Assembly: GCF_009914755.1 (NCBI RefSeq)
Contig: NC_060945.1
Reading direction: 5' to 3' (one strand)
Length of the DNA stretch: 64,000 nt
DNA from: the human T2T-CHM13v2.0 reference genome, Homo sapiens
The number at the start of each line of letters is the position of its first letter. The stretch's first letter is position 1. A program made the position numbers and the translations under genes. Positions 1-13,400 of the stretch are shown one piece after another. The notes under the pieces were generated by a model. The model saw only the letters and a program-made list of their open reading frames with translations. It did not search any database and was not told where the DNA came from.

Positions 1-3000
1 GAAACAACTCGAGTGGAATGAAATGGAATGGAATGGAGTCGCATGTAATGGAATGCAATTGAATGGAATCAAATGGAATGGAATGGAATTGACTCGAATG
101 GAATTGAATGGAATGGACCAGAATGGAATTAAATGTAACGGAATGGACACAAATGAAATGGACTCGAATGGAATGGAAAGGAATGGAATGGAATGGAATG
201 GAATGATTTCGAATCAAATGACATGGAATGGACTCGAATGGAATGGGTTGGGATTGGATGGTCTCGAATGTAATGGAATGGAATGAACTCAAATGGAATG
301 GAATGGAATAGAATAGACTAGAATATAATGGAATGGAAATGGCTCGAAAGGAATGGAATTGATTCGAGTGGAATAGAATGGACATGAAAGGAATAGAATG
401 GAATGGACTCAAATGGAATGGAATGGAATGGACTCAAATGGAATAGAGTGGAATGGAATGGAATCGAACACAATGCAATGGAATGGACTCGAACAGAATG
501 GAATGGACTCCAGTGGAATGGAATGGAATGGTATGGTCTCAAAAGGAATGGAATGGAACGGAACAGACACAAATGGAATAGCTTGGAATGGAATCGAATC
601 TAATGGAGTGGAATGGAATGGATTCGAATGGAATGGAGTGTAATGGAATCGAACGGAAAGGAATGGAATTGAATGGACTCCAATGGAATGGAATGGAATT
701 GAATGGACTCAAAATGAATGGATGAGAATGGAATGGAATGGAATGGAATGGAATGGAATGGACTCGAATAGAATGGAAGGGACTCGAATGGAGTGGAGCC
801 GAATGGATTCGAAAGGAAGGTAATGGAATGGAATGGAAAGAACTCGAATGTAATGGAATGGACTCGAATGGAATGGAAGGGACACAGAGTGTAGCCGAAT
901 GGATTTGAATGGAATGGAATGGAATGAACTCGAAGGGAATGGAATGGAACTGAATGAAATGGACTCGAATGGAATGGCATGGAATGGAGTCGATGGAATG
1001 GAATGGAATGGAATGGCATAAAATGGAATGGAATGGAATCGAATGTAATGCAGTTGAATAGAATGTACCTGAAAGGAATGGAGTGGACTGGAATGGAATG
1101 AAATGGACTTGTATGGAATGGAATGGAATGGAAGGGAACGGACTCAAATGAAATGGAATGGACACGAAATGAATGGAATGGAATAGAATCGACTAGAGTG
1201 GAATGGAAAGGAATGGACTTGAATGAAATGGAATGCAGAGGAATGGACTGGAATGGAATGCAATGGAATGAAATAAACTCGAATGGAATGGAATGGAATG
1301 GAATGGACTCGAATAGAATGGGATGGAATGGACCTGTATGGAATGGAATGGAAGGGAAGGGAACAAAACGGAAAAGAATAGATTGGAATAGAATGGAATG
1401 GAATGGAGTGGACTCAAATGGAATGGAATGGAATGGACTCGAATGGAATAGAATGGAATTTACTGGATTGGAAACTAACAGAATTGACTCTAAAGAAATG
1501 GAATGGAATGGACTCGAATGGAAGCGAACGGAATGGAATGGACTTGAATGGAATGGAATGGAACGGAATGGAACTGAATGGAATGGAGTTGAATGCAATA
1601 GAATGGAATGGAATGGACTCGAATTAAATGGAATGGAATGGAGTCAAATGGAATGGAATGCAATGGAATGGAATGGAATGGACTCAAAAGGAATGGAATG
1701 GAATGGAATCAAGTGGAATGGAATGGACTCGAATGCAATGGAATTGAATGGAATGGAATCGAATGAAATGGAGTGAAATGGACAAAAATGGAATGGAATG
1801 GAATGGAATGGAATGGAATGGAATGGAATGGAATGGAATGAAATAGAATGGAATGGAATGGACTTGAATGGAATAGAATGGAAAAGAATGGAATGGACTC
1901 GAATGATATAGAATAGAAAGGACTCGAATGGAATGGAATATACGCTAGTGGAGTGGAATGGAATAGAATGGAATCAAATGGAATGGAGTGGAATGGAATT
2001 CAATGGATTCGATTCAAACGGAATGTAAAGGAATGGAATGGACTCGAATGGAATGGAATGGAATGGGCTTGAATGGAATGGAATGGAATGGAAAGGAATA
2101 AAATGGAATGGAATCGAATGGAATGGAATGAAATGGACACGAAAGTTACGGAATGGAATGCGATAGAATGGAAGGGACTGGAATGGAAGGGAATGGAATG
2201 GAGTGGAATGGAACGGATTGGACTTAAATGGAATAGAATGGAAAGGAAAGGAATGCACACAAAGGAAATTGAATGGAAAGGACTCAAATGCAATGGAATG
2301 GATTCGAATGGAATGATATGGACTTGAATGTAATGGAAAGGAATGGACTCAGGTGGAATGGAATGGATTGGACTCGAATGAAATGGAATGCATGGGAAAG
2401 AACTCGAATGGCATGCAATGGAATGGAATAGACTCGAATGGAATGGAATGGAATGGACTCGAATGGAGTGGAATGGAATGGACATGAATGGAATGGAACG
2501 GAATGGAATGGAATAGAATGTATTGGAATGGAATGGAGAGGAATGGAATGGAATGGAATGGAATGGAATGGATTGGAATAGAATGGAAAAGAATGGAATG
2601 GAATAGAAAAGGAATGGAATGGAATGGAATGGATTTTAATCGACTGGAATGGAATTGAATGGAGTCGAATGGAGTGGAATGGACTCGAATAGAATGGAAT
2701 GGAATGGAATGCACTCGAGTGGAATAGAGTGGAATTGACTCGAATGGAATTCAATGGAATGAACTCCAATGGAATGGAATGGACCCGAATGGAATAGAAT
2801 GGAATGGAATTCAAACGACTTGAGTGGAATGGAATGGATTGCAAAGGAATGGAAAGGAAATTAGTGGAGTGGAATGGAATGGATTGGAATGTACTCGAAT
2901 GGAATGGAATGGAATTTACTCGAATGGAATAGAAAGGAATGGACTCGAATAGAATGGAATGGAAAGGAATGGACTCGAATGCAATGGAGTGGAATGGACT

Positions 3001-4330
3001 CCAATGGAATGGAAAGGAATTGACTCAATTGGAATAGAATGGAATGGAATAGACTCTAAAGGAATGGAATGGAATGGACACGAAACGTATGTAATGGAAT
3101 GGACTGGAATGGAAGGGAATGGAAAGGACAGGAATGGAATGGAATGCTATGGGATGGTAAGCTTTGGATTGGAATGGACTTGAATGGAATAGAAAGGGAT
3201 GGACTGGGATGAATTTAAACAGAATGGAATGGAATGGGATGGACTCCAATGGAATGGAAAGGCCACGAATTGAAAGGAATTGAATGGAACAGACTCGAAT
3301 GCAATAGATGGAAATTTAGTGGAATGGACTCTGAAGGAATGGAATGGAATGGAATTGAATGTAATAGAATGGAATGGAATGGAAAGGAATGTAATTTAAT
3401 AGAATGGAATGGAATCAAATGGAATGGAATTTAAAGGACTTCAATGGAATGAAATGTACTCAAATTGAATGGGATGGAATGGAAACGACTTGAGTAGAAT
3501 GAAATGGAATGGAATGGAATCGAATGTAATGGAATGGGATTGAATGGACTCGAATGGAATGTAATGGAATGGAATGGCATGGTCTCAAAAGGAATGGCAT
3601 GCAATGCAGTTGAATGGACTCAAATGGAATGAAATGGAATTGACACGAATGGAATTGAATGGAATGGAACGGAATGGAATTAAGTGTAATGGAATGGACG
3701 TGAATGAAATGGAAATAAATGGACTCGAATGGACTCGAATGGAATGGAATGGAAAGGAATGATTTCAAATCAAAGGACATGGAATAGACTCAAACGGAAT
3801 GGGTTCGGATTGGATGGTCTCGAATGTAATAGAATGGAATGGACTCAAATGGAATGGAATGGAATAGAATGCCCTCGAATATAATAGAATGGAATTGGCT
3901 CAAATGGAATGAAATTGATTCGAGTGGAATGGAATGGTCACGAGTGGAAGAGAATGCAATGGATTCGAATGGAATGGAGTGGAATGGAATGGACTCTAAT
4001 GGAATGGAATGGACTCAAATGGAATATATTGGAATGGAATGGACTTGAATTCAATGGAATGGAATAGACTTGAATGAAATGAAATGGACTCGAATGGAAA
4101 GAAATGGACTCCAGTGGAATGGAATGGAATGGTAAGGTCCCGAAAGGAATGGAAAGGAATGGAACGGATTCAAATGGAATAGAATGGAATGGACTCGAAT
4201 CTAATGGAGTGGAATTGAATGGACTCATATGGAATGGAGTGTAATGGAATTGAGAGGAATGGAAAGGAATTTAAAGGACTCAAATGGAATGGAATGGAAT
4301 TGAATGGACCCAAAAGTTATGGATAGGAAA
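1..4330 (+). repeat. Diverged repeat pair at ~3.56 kb spacing (~1-760 vs ~3,480-4,330)
   Basis: The rare landmark GATTTC(G/A)AATCAAA(T/G)GACATGGAAT...GGGTT(G/C)GGATTGGATGGTCTCGAATGTAAT occurs at 205 and 3,761 (offset 3,556). Flanking landmarks such as CTAATGGAGTGG at ~600 and ~4,201 are co-linear. A third related block is at ~18,620-19,100. Confidence 0.7.
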
Positions 4331-5399
4331 GGAATGGAATGGAATCAAATGGAAAGGAATGGAATGGACAGGAATGGAATGGAAGGGACTCGAATGGAAT
4401 GGAATTGAAAGGAATCCACTCGAGTGAAAAGGAATTGAATGGAATGGAATGAAAGTGAATGGAATGGAATGGAATGGAATTCACTCCAATGGAATAGAAT
4501 GGAATGGACTCGAAGGGAATGAAATAGAATGCAATGGACTCGAATGGAATACAGTGGAATGGAACAGAATGGAAAAGAATGGAATGGAGTCCAATGGAAC
4601 GACGTGGAATGGAATGGACAAGAATGGAATTGAGTGGAATGGACGCGAAAGGAGTGGAATGGAATTGAAAGGACAGGAATGAAATGTAATGGAATGCAAT
4701 GGAATGCAATGGAATGGAATGGAACGGAATGGAATGCAATGAAATGGAAAGGAATGGAATGGAATCAAATGGAATGGAAAGGAATGGAATCGAATGGAAA
4801 GGAACGTAATGGAATGAAATGGGATCGAATGCAATGGAATGCAGTGGAATGGGCAGGAATGGAATAGAATGGAAACGAAAAGAATGTAATGGAATGGAAT
4901 GGACTCCAATGGAAATCAACCGAATTGAATGGACTCGAAAAGAATGGAATGGAATGGAATGGAGTGGAATGATATGGACTAGAATAGAATGGAATGGAAT
5001 AGAATGGAAAGGAATGGTTTCAAATGGAAGTGAATGGAAAGCAATGGAATGGACCCAAATGGAATGGAATGGAATTGACTCAATTGGAATAGAATGGAAT
5101 GGAATAGACTCTAAAGGAATGGAATGGAATGGACACGAAACGTATGGAATAGAATGGGATGGAATGGAATGGACTGGAATGGAAGGGAATGGAACGGAGT
5201 GGAATGGAAGGGAATGGAACGGAGTGGAATGGAAAGGAATGGAATTGAATGGAATAGAAGGCAATGGAATGGAATGGATTCCAATGAAGTGGAATGGAAA
5301 GGAATCGAATGCAACAGAATGGATTCGAATGGAATGGAATGGAATGGAAAGGACTCTAAAGGAATGGAACGGAATGGACTCAAGTGGAATGAAATGGAA

Positions 5400-7500
5400 T
5401 GAACTCGAATGGAATAGAATGGAATGGAATGGAATGTACTCGAATGGAATGGAATTGAATGGACACGAATTGAATGGAATGAACTGGAATGGAATGGAAT
5501 GGAGTGGAATGGAAAGGAATGGACATGAAGTGAATAGAATGGAGTGGAATGGAATGGACTCGAATGAAATGGAATGGAAAGGACTTGAATGCAATGGAAT
5601 GGACTCGAATGGGATGTAATGGATTGGTATGGACTCGAACAGAATGGAATAGAATGGACTAAAGAGGAATGAAATGAAATATATTCGAATGGAATATAAT
5701 GGAAGGGAAAGGGCTTGTATGGAATAGAATGGACACGAATGGAATGGAATGGAATGGAGAGGAATGGAATGGAATGGAATGGAATGGAATGGAACGGAAA
5801 GGAATGGAATGGAATGGAATGGGCTAGAATGGAAGAGAATGGAATGGAATGGAATGCACTCGAATGAAATGCAATGCAATGGACTCGAATGGAATGGAAT
5901 GGACACGAGTGGAATGGAATGGAATCGAATAGACCAGAATTGAAAGGAATCAAATGGAATTTAATGGCATGGAATGGAATGGAATGAACTTGAATGGAAT
6001 GCAGTGGAATGGATTCGAATGGAATGGATTGGAATTGAATGGACTCGAGTCGAACGGAATGTAATAGTAAGGAATGGACTCGAATGGAATGCAATGGAAT
6101 GGAATGGAATGAAAGGGACTCAAAGAAATGGAATGGAATGGAATGGACTCAAAAGAAATGGAATGTAAAGGACTCGAATGGTAAGGAATGGACTCGAATG
6201 TAATGTTTTAGAATGGAATATACTCGAATGGAATGGAATGCAATGGACTCAAGTGGAATGGAATGGAATGGACTTGAATGGAATAGAATGGAAAGTACTC
6301 GAATGGAATGGAATGGAATGGTCATGAATGGAATGGAAAGAATTGGAATCGAATGGACTGGAATGGAATGGAATGGAATGGACTGAACTGGAATGGAATG
6401 GAATGGAGAGGAATGGAAAGGAATAGACATGAATGGAAAAGAATGGAGTGGTATGGAATGGACTCGAATGAAACGGAATGGAAAGGATTGAATACAATGG
6501 GATGGAATCGAATGGAATGTAATGAATTGGAATGGACTCCAATGGAATGGAATGGAATGGACTAAAGAAGAATGAAATGAAATATATTCGAATGGAATAT
6601 AATGGAAAGGAAAGGGCTCGTATGGAATGGAATGGACACGAATGGAATGTAATGGAATGGAATGGAATGGACTGGAATGGAATGGAATGGAAAGGAATTG
6701 AAAGGAATGGAATGGGCTAGAATGGATTAGAATGGAATGGAATGGAATGAACTCAAATGAAATGGAATGGAATGGACTCAAATGGAATGGAATGGACAAG
6801 AGTGGAATGGAATAGAATCAAATGGAATGGAATGGACAAGATTGGAATGGAATAGAATCAAATGGAATGGAATGGAAAGGAATCGAATGGAATTTAATTG
6901 AATGGAATGGAATGGACTCGAATGGAATGCAGTGGAATGGATTCGAATGGAATGGATTGGAATTGAATGGACTCGAGTCGAACGGAATGTAATAGTAAGG
7001 AATGGACCCAAATGGAATGGAATGGAATGAAAGGGACTCGAAGAAATGGAATGGAATAGAATGGACTCGAATGAAATGGAATGGAAAGGACTCCAATGCA
7101 AAGGAATGGACTCGAATGGAATGGAATGGAATGGAATGGACTCGAATGGAATGGAACGGAATGGACTCAAGTGGAATGGAATGGAATGGACTCGAATGGA
7201 ATGGAATGGAATGGACTCGAATGGAATGGAATTGAATAGACATGAATGGAATGGAATGAAGTGGAATGGAATGGACTTGAATGGAATGGAATGGAATGGA
7301 CTGGAATGGAATGGAAAGGAATGTAATGGAGTGGAATGGAAAGGAATGGACATGAATGGAATAGAATGGAGTGGTATGGAACGGACTCGAATGAAACGAA
7401 ATAGAAAGGATTGAATATAATTGGATGGACTCGAATAGAATGTAATGGATTGGAATGGACTCGAATGGAATGGAATGGAATGGACTGGACTCGAATGGAA
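5400..7500 (+). repeat. Diverged ~0.9-kb tandem repeat (about 2.3 copies)
   Basis: GGACTAAAGA(G/A)GAATGAAATGAAATATATTCG occurs at 5,656 and 6,559. GGACTCGAGTCGAACGGAATGTAATAGTAAGG occurs at 6,041 and 6,969. GACATGAATGGAA..GAATGGAGTGGTATGG occurs at ~6,426 and ~7,349. Offsets are 903-928. Confidence 0.75.
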
Positions 7501-10449
7501 TGGCATGCATTGAACCCGAATGGAATGGAATGTTATGGAAAGTAATGGACTCGAATGGAATGGAACGGAATGGAATTCACCCAAATGAAGTGGAATGGAA
7601 TGCGATGGAGTCGAATTGAATGGAACGCAATGGACACGAATGGAATGGAATGGAATGGTATGGACTAGAATGGACTGGAATGGAATAGTTTAGAATGGAA
7701 TTGACGCGAATGCAATGGAATGTAATGGACTCAAAAGGAATGGAGAGGACTCAAACGGAATGGAATGGACTGGGCTCAAATGGAATGGAATGGAATTGAA
7801 TGGACTCAAATGGAATGGAAAGTAACGGAATGGAATGAACTCGAATGGAATGGAATGGACTCGAATGGAATAGAATGGATATGAATGAGATGGAACGGAA
7901 TGGGCTAAAATAGAATGGAATGGAATGGAATCGACTCGAATGAAATGGAATGCAGTGGAATGGACTGGAATGGCATGCAATGGAATGGAAGAAACTCGAA
8001 TGGAATCGAATGAACTCGAATGGAAGGGAATGGAATGGTCGCGAATGGAATGGAAAGGAATGGCATGGAATGTAATGGAAAGGAATGGAATAGAATTGAT
8101 TAGAAAGGATTGGAATAGAATGGAATGGAATGGAATAGACTGAAATGGAATGGAATGCAATGGAGTCGAATTGAATAGAGTGGGATGTACTGGATTGGAA
8201 TTTAACGGAATTTGACACTAATGAAATGGGATGAAATGGACTCGAATGAAATCGAATGGAGTGGAATGGACTCGTATGGAATGGAATGGAATGGACACGA
8301 ATGCAATGGAATGGAATTGAATGGAATGGAATGGAATTGAATGGAATGGAATGGAGTTGAATGGAATAGAATGGAATGGACTCGAATAAAATGGAATGGA
8401 ATGGAGTCGAATGGAATGGAAAGGACTCGAATGGATTAGAATGGCATGGACACAAATGGAATGGATTGGAATGGCATGGACAAGAATGGAGTAGAATGGA
8501 ATGGACTTGAATGGAATGGAATTGAATGGAATGGACTTGAATGGAATAGAATGGAATGGAATGGAATGGAATGGAATGGAAGAGAATCAAAGGGAATGTA
8601 ATGGACTCGAACGAAATGCAATTGAATGGACTCGAATGGAATGGAAATGACTCGAATGGAATAGAATGGACTCGAATGGAATGGAATGTAAGGGAATGAA
8701 ATGGAATGGAATGGCCTGTAATGTAATCGAAAGGAATTCAATGGAATGGAAGTTAATGGAATGGAATAAAATGGAATGGACTTGAATAGAATAGTATGGA
8801 AACGAATGGAATGGACTCCAATGAAATGGAATCGAATGGACTCTAATGGAACGGAATTGACTCCACTGGAATGGAATGAATTGGAATGGACTCAAATGGA
8901 ATGGAGAGGAATGGATTCGAATGGAATGGAATGGAATTGACTACAATGGAATAGAAAGGAATGGATTCGAATGGGTTTGAATATAATGGAATGGACTCAA
9001 ATGCAATAGAGTGGAATGTAATCCAATGGAATTCGAATGGAATTGAATGGACTCAAATCAAATGGAATGTAATGGATTGGAATGGACTCGAAAAGAATGG
9101 AGCTGAATGGAGTCTAAAGGAATGCAATGGACTCGAATGCAATGGAATGGAATGGACTCGAATGGAGTAGAATGGAATGGAATGGACTTATAAGAAATGG
9201 AATTGAACGGACACGAAATGTATGGAAAAGAATGAGATGGAATGAAACGGACTAGAATGGAATGGAAAGGAATGGAATGGAATGGAAAGGAATCGACTTT
9301 AATGGAATGTACACGAATGGAATGGAATTGAATGGACATGAATGGAATGGAAAGAAGTGGAATGGAATGGACTGGGATGAAATGGAATGGAATGGAATGA
9401 AATGGACTGGAATGGAATGGAATGGAATGGAGTGGAATGCAAAGGAATGGACTTGAATGGAATAGAATGGAGTGGAATGGAATGGACTCGAATGAAATTG
9501 AATGGAAAGGATTTGGAAGCAATGGAATGGACTCGAAAGGAATGTAATTGATTAGAATGGAGTGGAATGGAATGGAATGGAATGGACTCAAGAGTATTGG
9601 AACAGAATAGAGTCGAATGGACTATAATGGAATGGAATGGGCTCGAATGGAATGGATTGGAGTGGAGTGGAATGGAATGGAATAGAATGGAATGGAATGG
9701 AATGGAATGGAATGGAATGGAATGGACTTGAATGGAATAGAATGGAATCGAAGGGAATGGACTCGAATGAAATGGAATGGAATGGATTCGAATGGAATGG
9801 ACACGAGTGGAATGGATTGGAACGGACTCGAGTGGAATGGAATTGAATCGAATGGAATGGACACAAGTGGAATAGATTGGAATGGACTCAAGTGGAATGG
9901 AATTGAATCGAATGGAATGGAGTGTAAAGGATTCAAATGGAATGGAATGGAATTGAATGTACTCGAGTCGAATGGAATGTAATGGTAAGGAATGGGCTCG
10001 AATGGAATGGAATGGAATGGAATGAAAGGGACTCGAATGAAATGGAATGGAATGGAATGAACTCGAATTAAATGCGATGGAATGTAATGGAATGGAATGG
10101 ACCCAAATGGTATGCAATGGAATTTAATTGAATTTACTCGAAAGCAATGGAATGGAATGGAATGGACTCTAAAGGAAAAGAATGGAATGGAATGGAGTGG
10201 AATGGATATGAATGGAGTGGAATGGATATGAATGGAATGGAATGGAATGGACTTGAATGGAATAGAATGGAAGCGAATGGAATTGACTAGACTGAAATGG
10301 AAAATAATGGACTCGAATGGAATGGAAGGGAATCCAATGGATTGGAATGGAATGGACTCAAGTGGAATGGTATGGAATGGAATGGACTCAAGTGCAATGG
10401 AATGGAATGGAGTCGAATGGAATAGAATGGAATGGAGTGGAATCGAATG

Positions 10450-13400
10450 GAATAGAATATAATGGAATGGACTCGAATGGAATAGATTGGACCTGAATGG
10501 AAAGTAATGGAATGGAATACAATGGACTGTAAATGAATCGAATGCAATGGAATGGAATGTAAGGTAATGGAAAGGAATGGAAAGGAATGGACTTGAATGG
10601 AATAGATTGGAAGTGAATGGAATAGACAAACGATTTGGAATGGAATGGACTCTAATGGAATGGAATTGACTTGACTGCAATGGAATGAAATGGAATGGAG
10701 TGGAATGGATTCGAATAGAATGGAATGGAATTGACTAGAATGGAATAGAAAGGAATGGACTCGATTGGATTGGAATATGATGGAATGGATCAAATGGAAT
10801 GTAGTTAAAAGGAATCGAAAGGAATTCGTATGGAATTGAATGGACACGAATTGAAAGGAATGTAATGTAATGGAATGGACTCGAAAGGAATGCCGTGGAA
10901 TGGACACGAGTGGAATGGAATGGACACGAATGGAATGGAATTGAGTGGAATAGAATAGAATGGAATGGAGAGGAAGGGAATGGAAAAGAAAGGAATTGAA
11001 TGGAATTCCATAGAATGGACTGGAATGTGTTAGAATTGAATGGAATGGAATGGTCTCAAATGCATTGGAATGGACTCGGATGGAATGGAATGGAATGCAA
11101 TGGAATGGACTCGAATGGATTTGAGTGGAATTTACTAGATTGGAATCTAATGGAATGAACTCGAATGAAATGGAATGGAAAGGACTTGAAAGCAATGGAA
11201 TGGACATGAATGGAATGTAATGGAATGGAATGGACTCGAATGGAATGGAATGGAATGGACCCACCAGGATTGGAATGGAATACACTCGAATGGAATAAAA
11301 TGGAAAGGTTAGGGCTCGAGTGGAATGGAATGGACAAGAATGGAATGGAATAGAGTGAAATGGAATGGACTGTAAAGTAATGGAATGGACTTGAATGGAA
11401 AAGAACGGAATGGAAAGGAATGGACTCGAATGAAATGGAATGGAATGGACTTGAATGGAAAGGAATGGACACGAGTAGAATGGAATGGAATGGACTCGAA
11501 AGGAATGGAATTGAATTCAATCAAATAGAATGGAATGGAATGGAATGGAATGGAATGGACTCGAATGGAATGGAGTGGAATGGATATGAAAGGAATGGAA
11601 TTTAATTGAATGGATTCGAGTTGAATGGAATGTAATGGTATGGAATGCACTCGAATTGAACGGAATGGAATGCAATGACAGGGACTCGAATGAAATGGAA
11701 TGGAATGGAATGAACTCGAATTTAATGCAATGGATTGTAATGGAATGGAATGGACTCAAATGGTACGGAATGGAATTGATTGGAATCGAAAGGAGTTGAA
11801 TGGAATGGAATGGATTCGAAAGGAATGGATTGGAATTGAATTGAATGGAATGGAATGGAAAGGACTCGAATGGAAGGGAATGGAATGGACTCCAACGGAA
11901 TGAAATGGTCTCGAAGGGAATGGAATGGAAAGAAAACGACTCGAGTGGAATGGAATGGAATGCAATGGACTCTAATGGGATAGAATGAAATTGAATGGAC
12001 TCAAATGGAATGGAATGGAATGGAAGAGAATGGACTTGAATGAGATGGAATGGAATGGAAAGGACTCTAATAGAAAGAAATGTAATGGACCCGAATGTAA
12101 TGTAATGTAATGGAATCGAATGGAATGGAATGGAATGGAGAGGTACGGAATGGAATTGACCCGAATGGAATGAAATGGACTCGAATGGAATGAAATGTAA
12201 TGGAATGGAATGGAATGGACTCAAATGGAATGGAATAGAATGGAAAGGAATGGAATGGACTCTAATGGGAAGGAATCAAAAGCAAAAAACTTCAGTGAAA
12301 TGGAATGGTATGGAATGGAATGCACTCAAATGGAATGGAATAGAATTGAATCTAATGGAATCGAAAGGAATGTACTCCAATGGAATTGAATGGAGTGCAG
12401 TGGACTCGAATGCAATGGAGTGGAATGGATATGAATGGAATGGATGGAATGGAATGGAATGAAATGGAATGGAATGAAATGGATTGGAATGGAATGGAAG
12501 GGAATTGAATGGAATAGAATGGAATGGGAATGAAATGGACTCGAATGAACTGGAAAAGTATGCGCTTGAATAGAATGTAATGGACACGAATGTATTGTAA
12601 TGGAATGCACTCGAACGGAATGGAATGCAATGGAATGGACTCAAGTGGAATGGAACGGAACGGACTCGAACGGAATAGAATGGACTTGAATGGAATGGAA
12701 TGGACAAGAATGGAAAGTAATTGAATGGAATGGAATGGACTGTAATGGAATCGAATGGAAAGTAATGGAATGGAATGGAATGGAATGGAATGGAATGGAC
12801 TTGAATGGAATAGATTGGAAAGGAATGGAATAGACTCGAATGAATTGTAATGGAATGGACACTAATGGAATGGAATTGACTCGCCTGGAATGGAATGAAA
12901 TGGAATGGACTCAAATGCAACGGAGTGGAATGGATTCGAATGGAATGGAATGGAATGGACTAGAATGGAATAGAAAGCAATGGACTCGAATGAATTGGAA
13001 TATAATGGAATGGACCCAAATAGAATGGAGGGGAATGGAATCAAAAGGAATTCGAATGGAATTGAATGGTTACGAATTGAATGTAATGTAATGGAATTGA
13101 ATGGACTCGAAAGGAATGGAGTGGAATGGACTCGAATGAAATGGAATGGACTCGAATGGAATGGAATGGACTGGACCCGAATGGAATGGAATGGAATTGA
13201 GTGGAATGGAATAGAATGGAATGGAATGGAATGGAATGGAATGGAATGCAATAGAATGGACTGTAATCGATTGGAATTGAATGGAATGGAATGGTCTCGA
13301 ATGCAGTGGAATGGACTCCAATGGAATGGAATGGAATGGAATGAAATGAAATGGAATGCACTCGAATGTATTTGAGTGGAATTTACTGTATTGGAATCTA

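Noticed and set aside
12270-12300. A-rich atypical stretch (GGAATCAAAAGCAAAAAACTTCAGTG), and similar ones near 44,935-44,970 and 35,290-35,330, as possible retro-insertion remnants
   Set aside because: They are too short, keep or quickly resume the pentamer register, and have no target-site duplication or element body. They are best explained as clustered substitutions.
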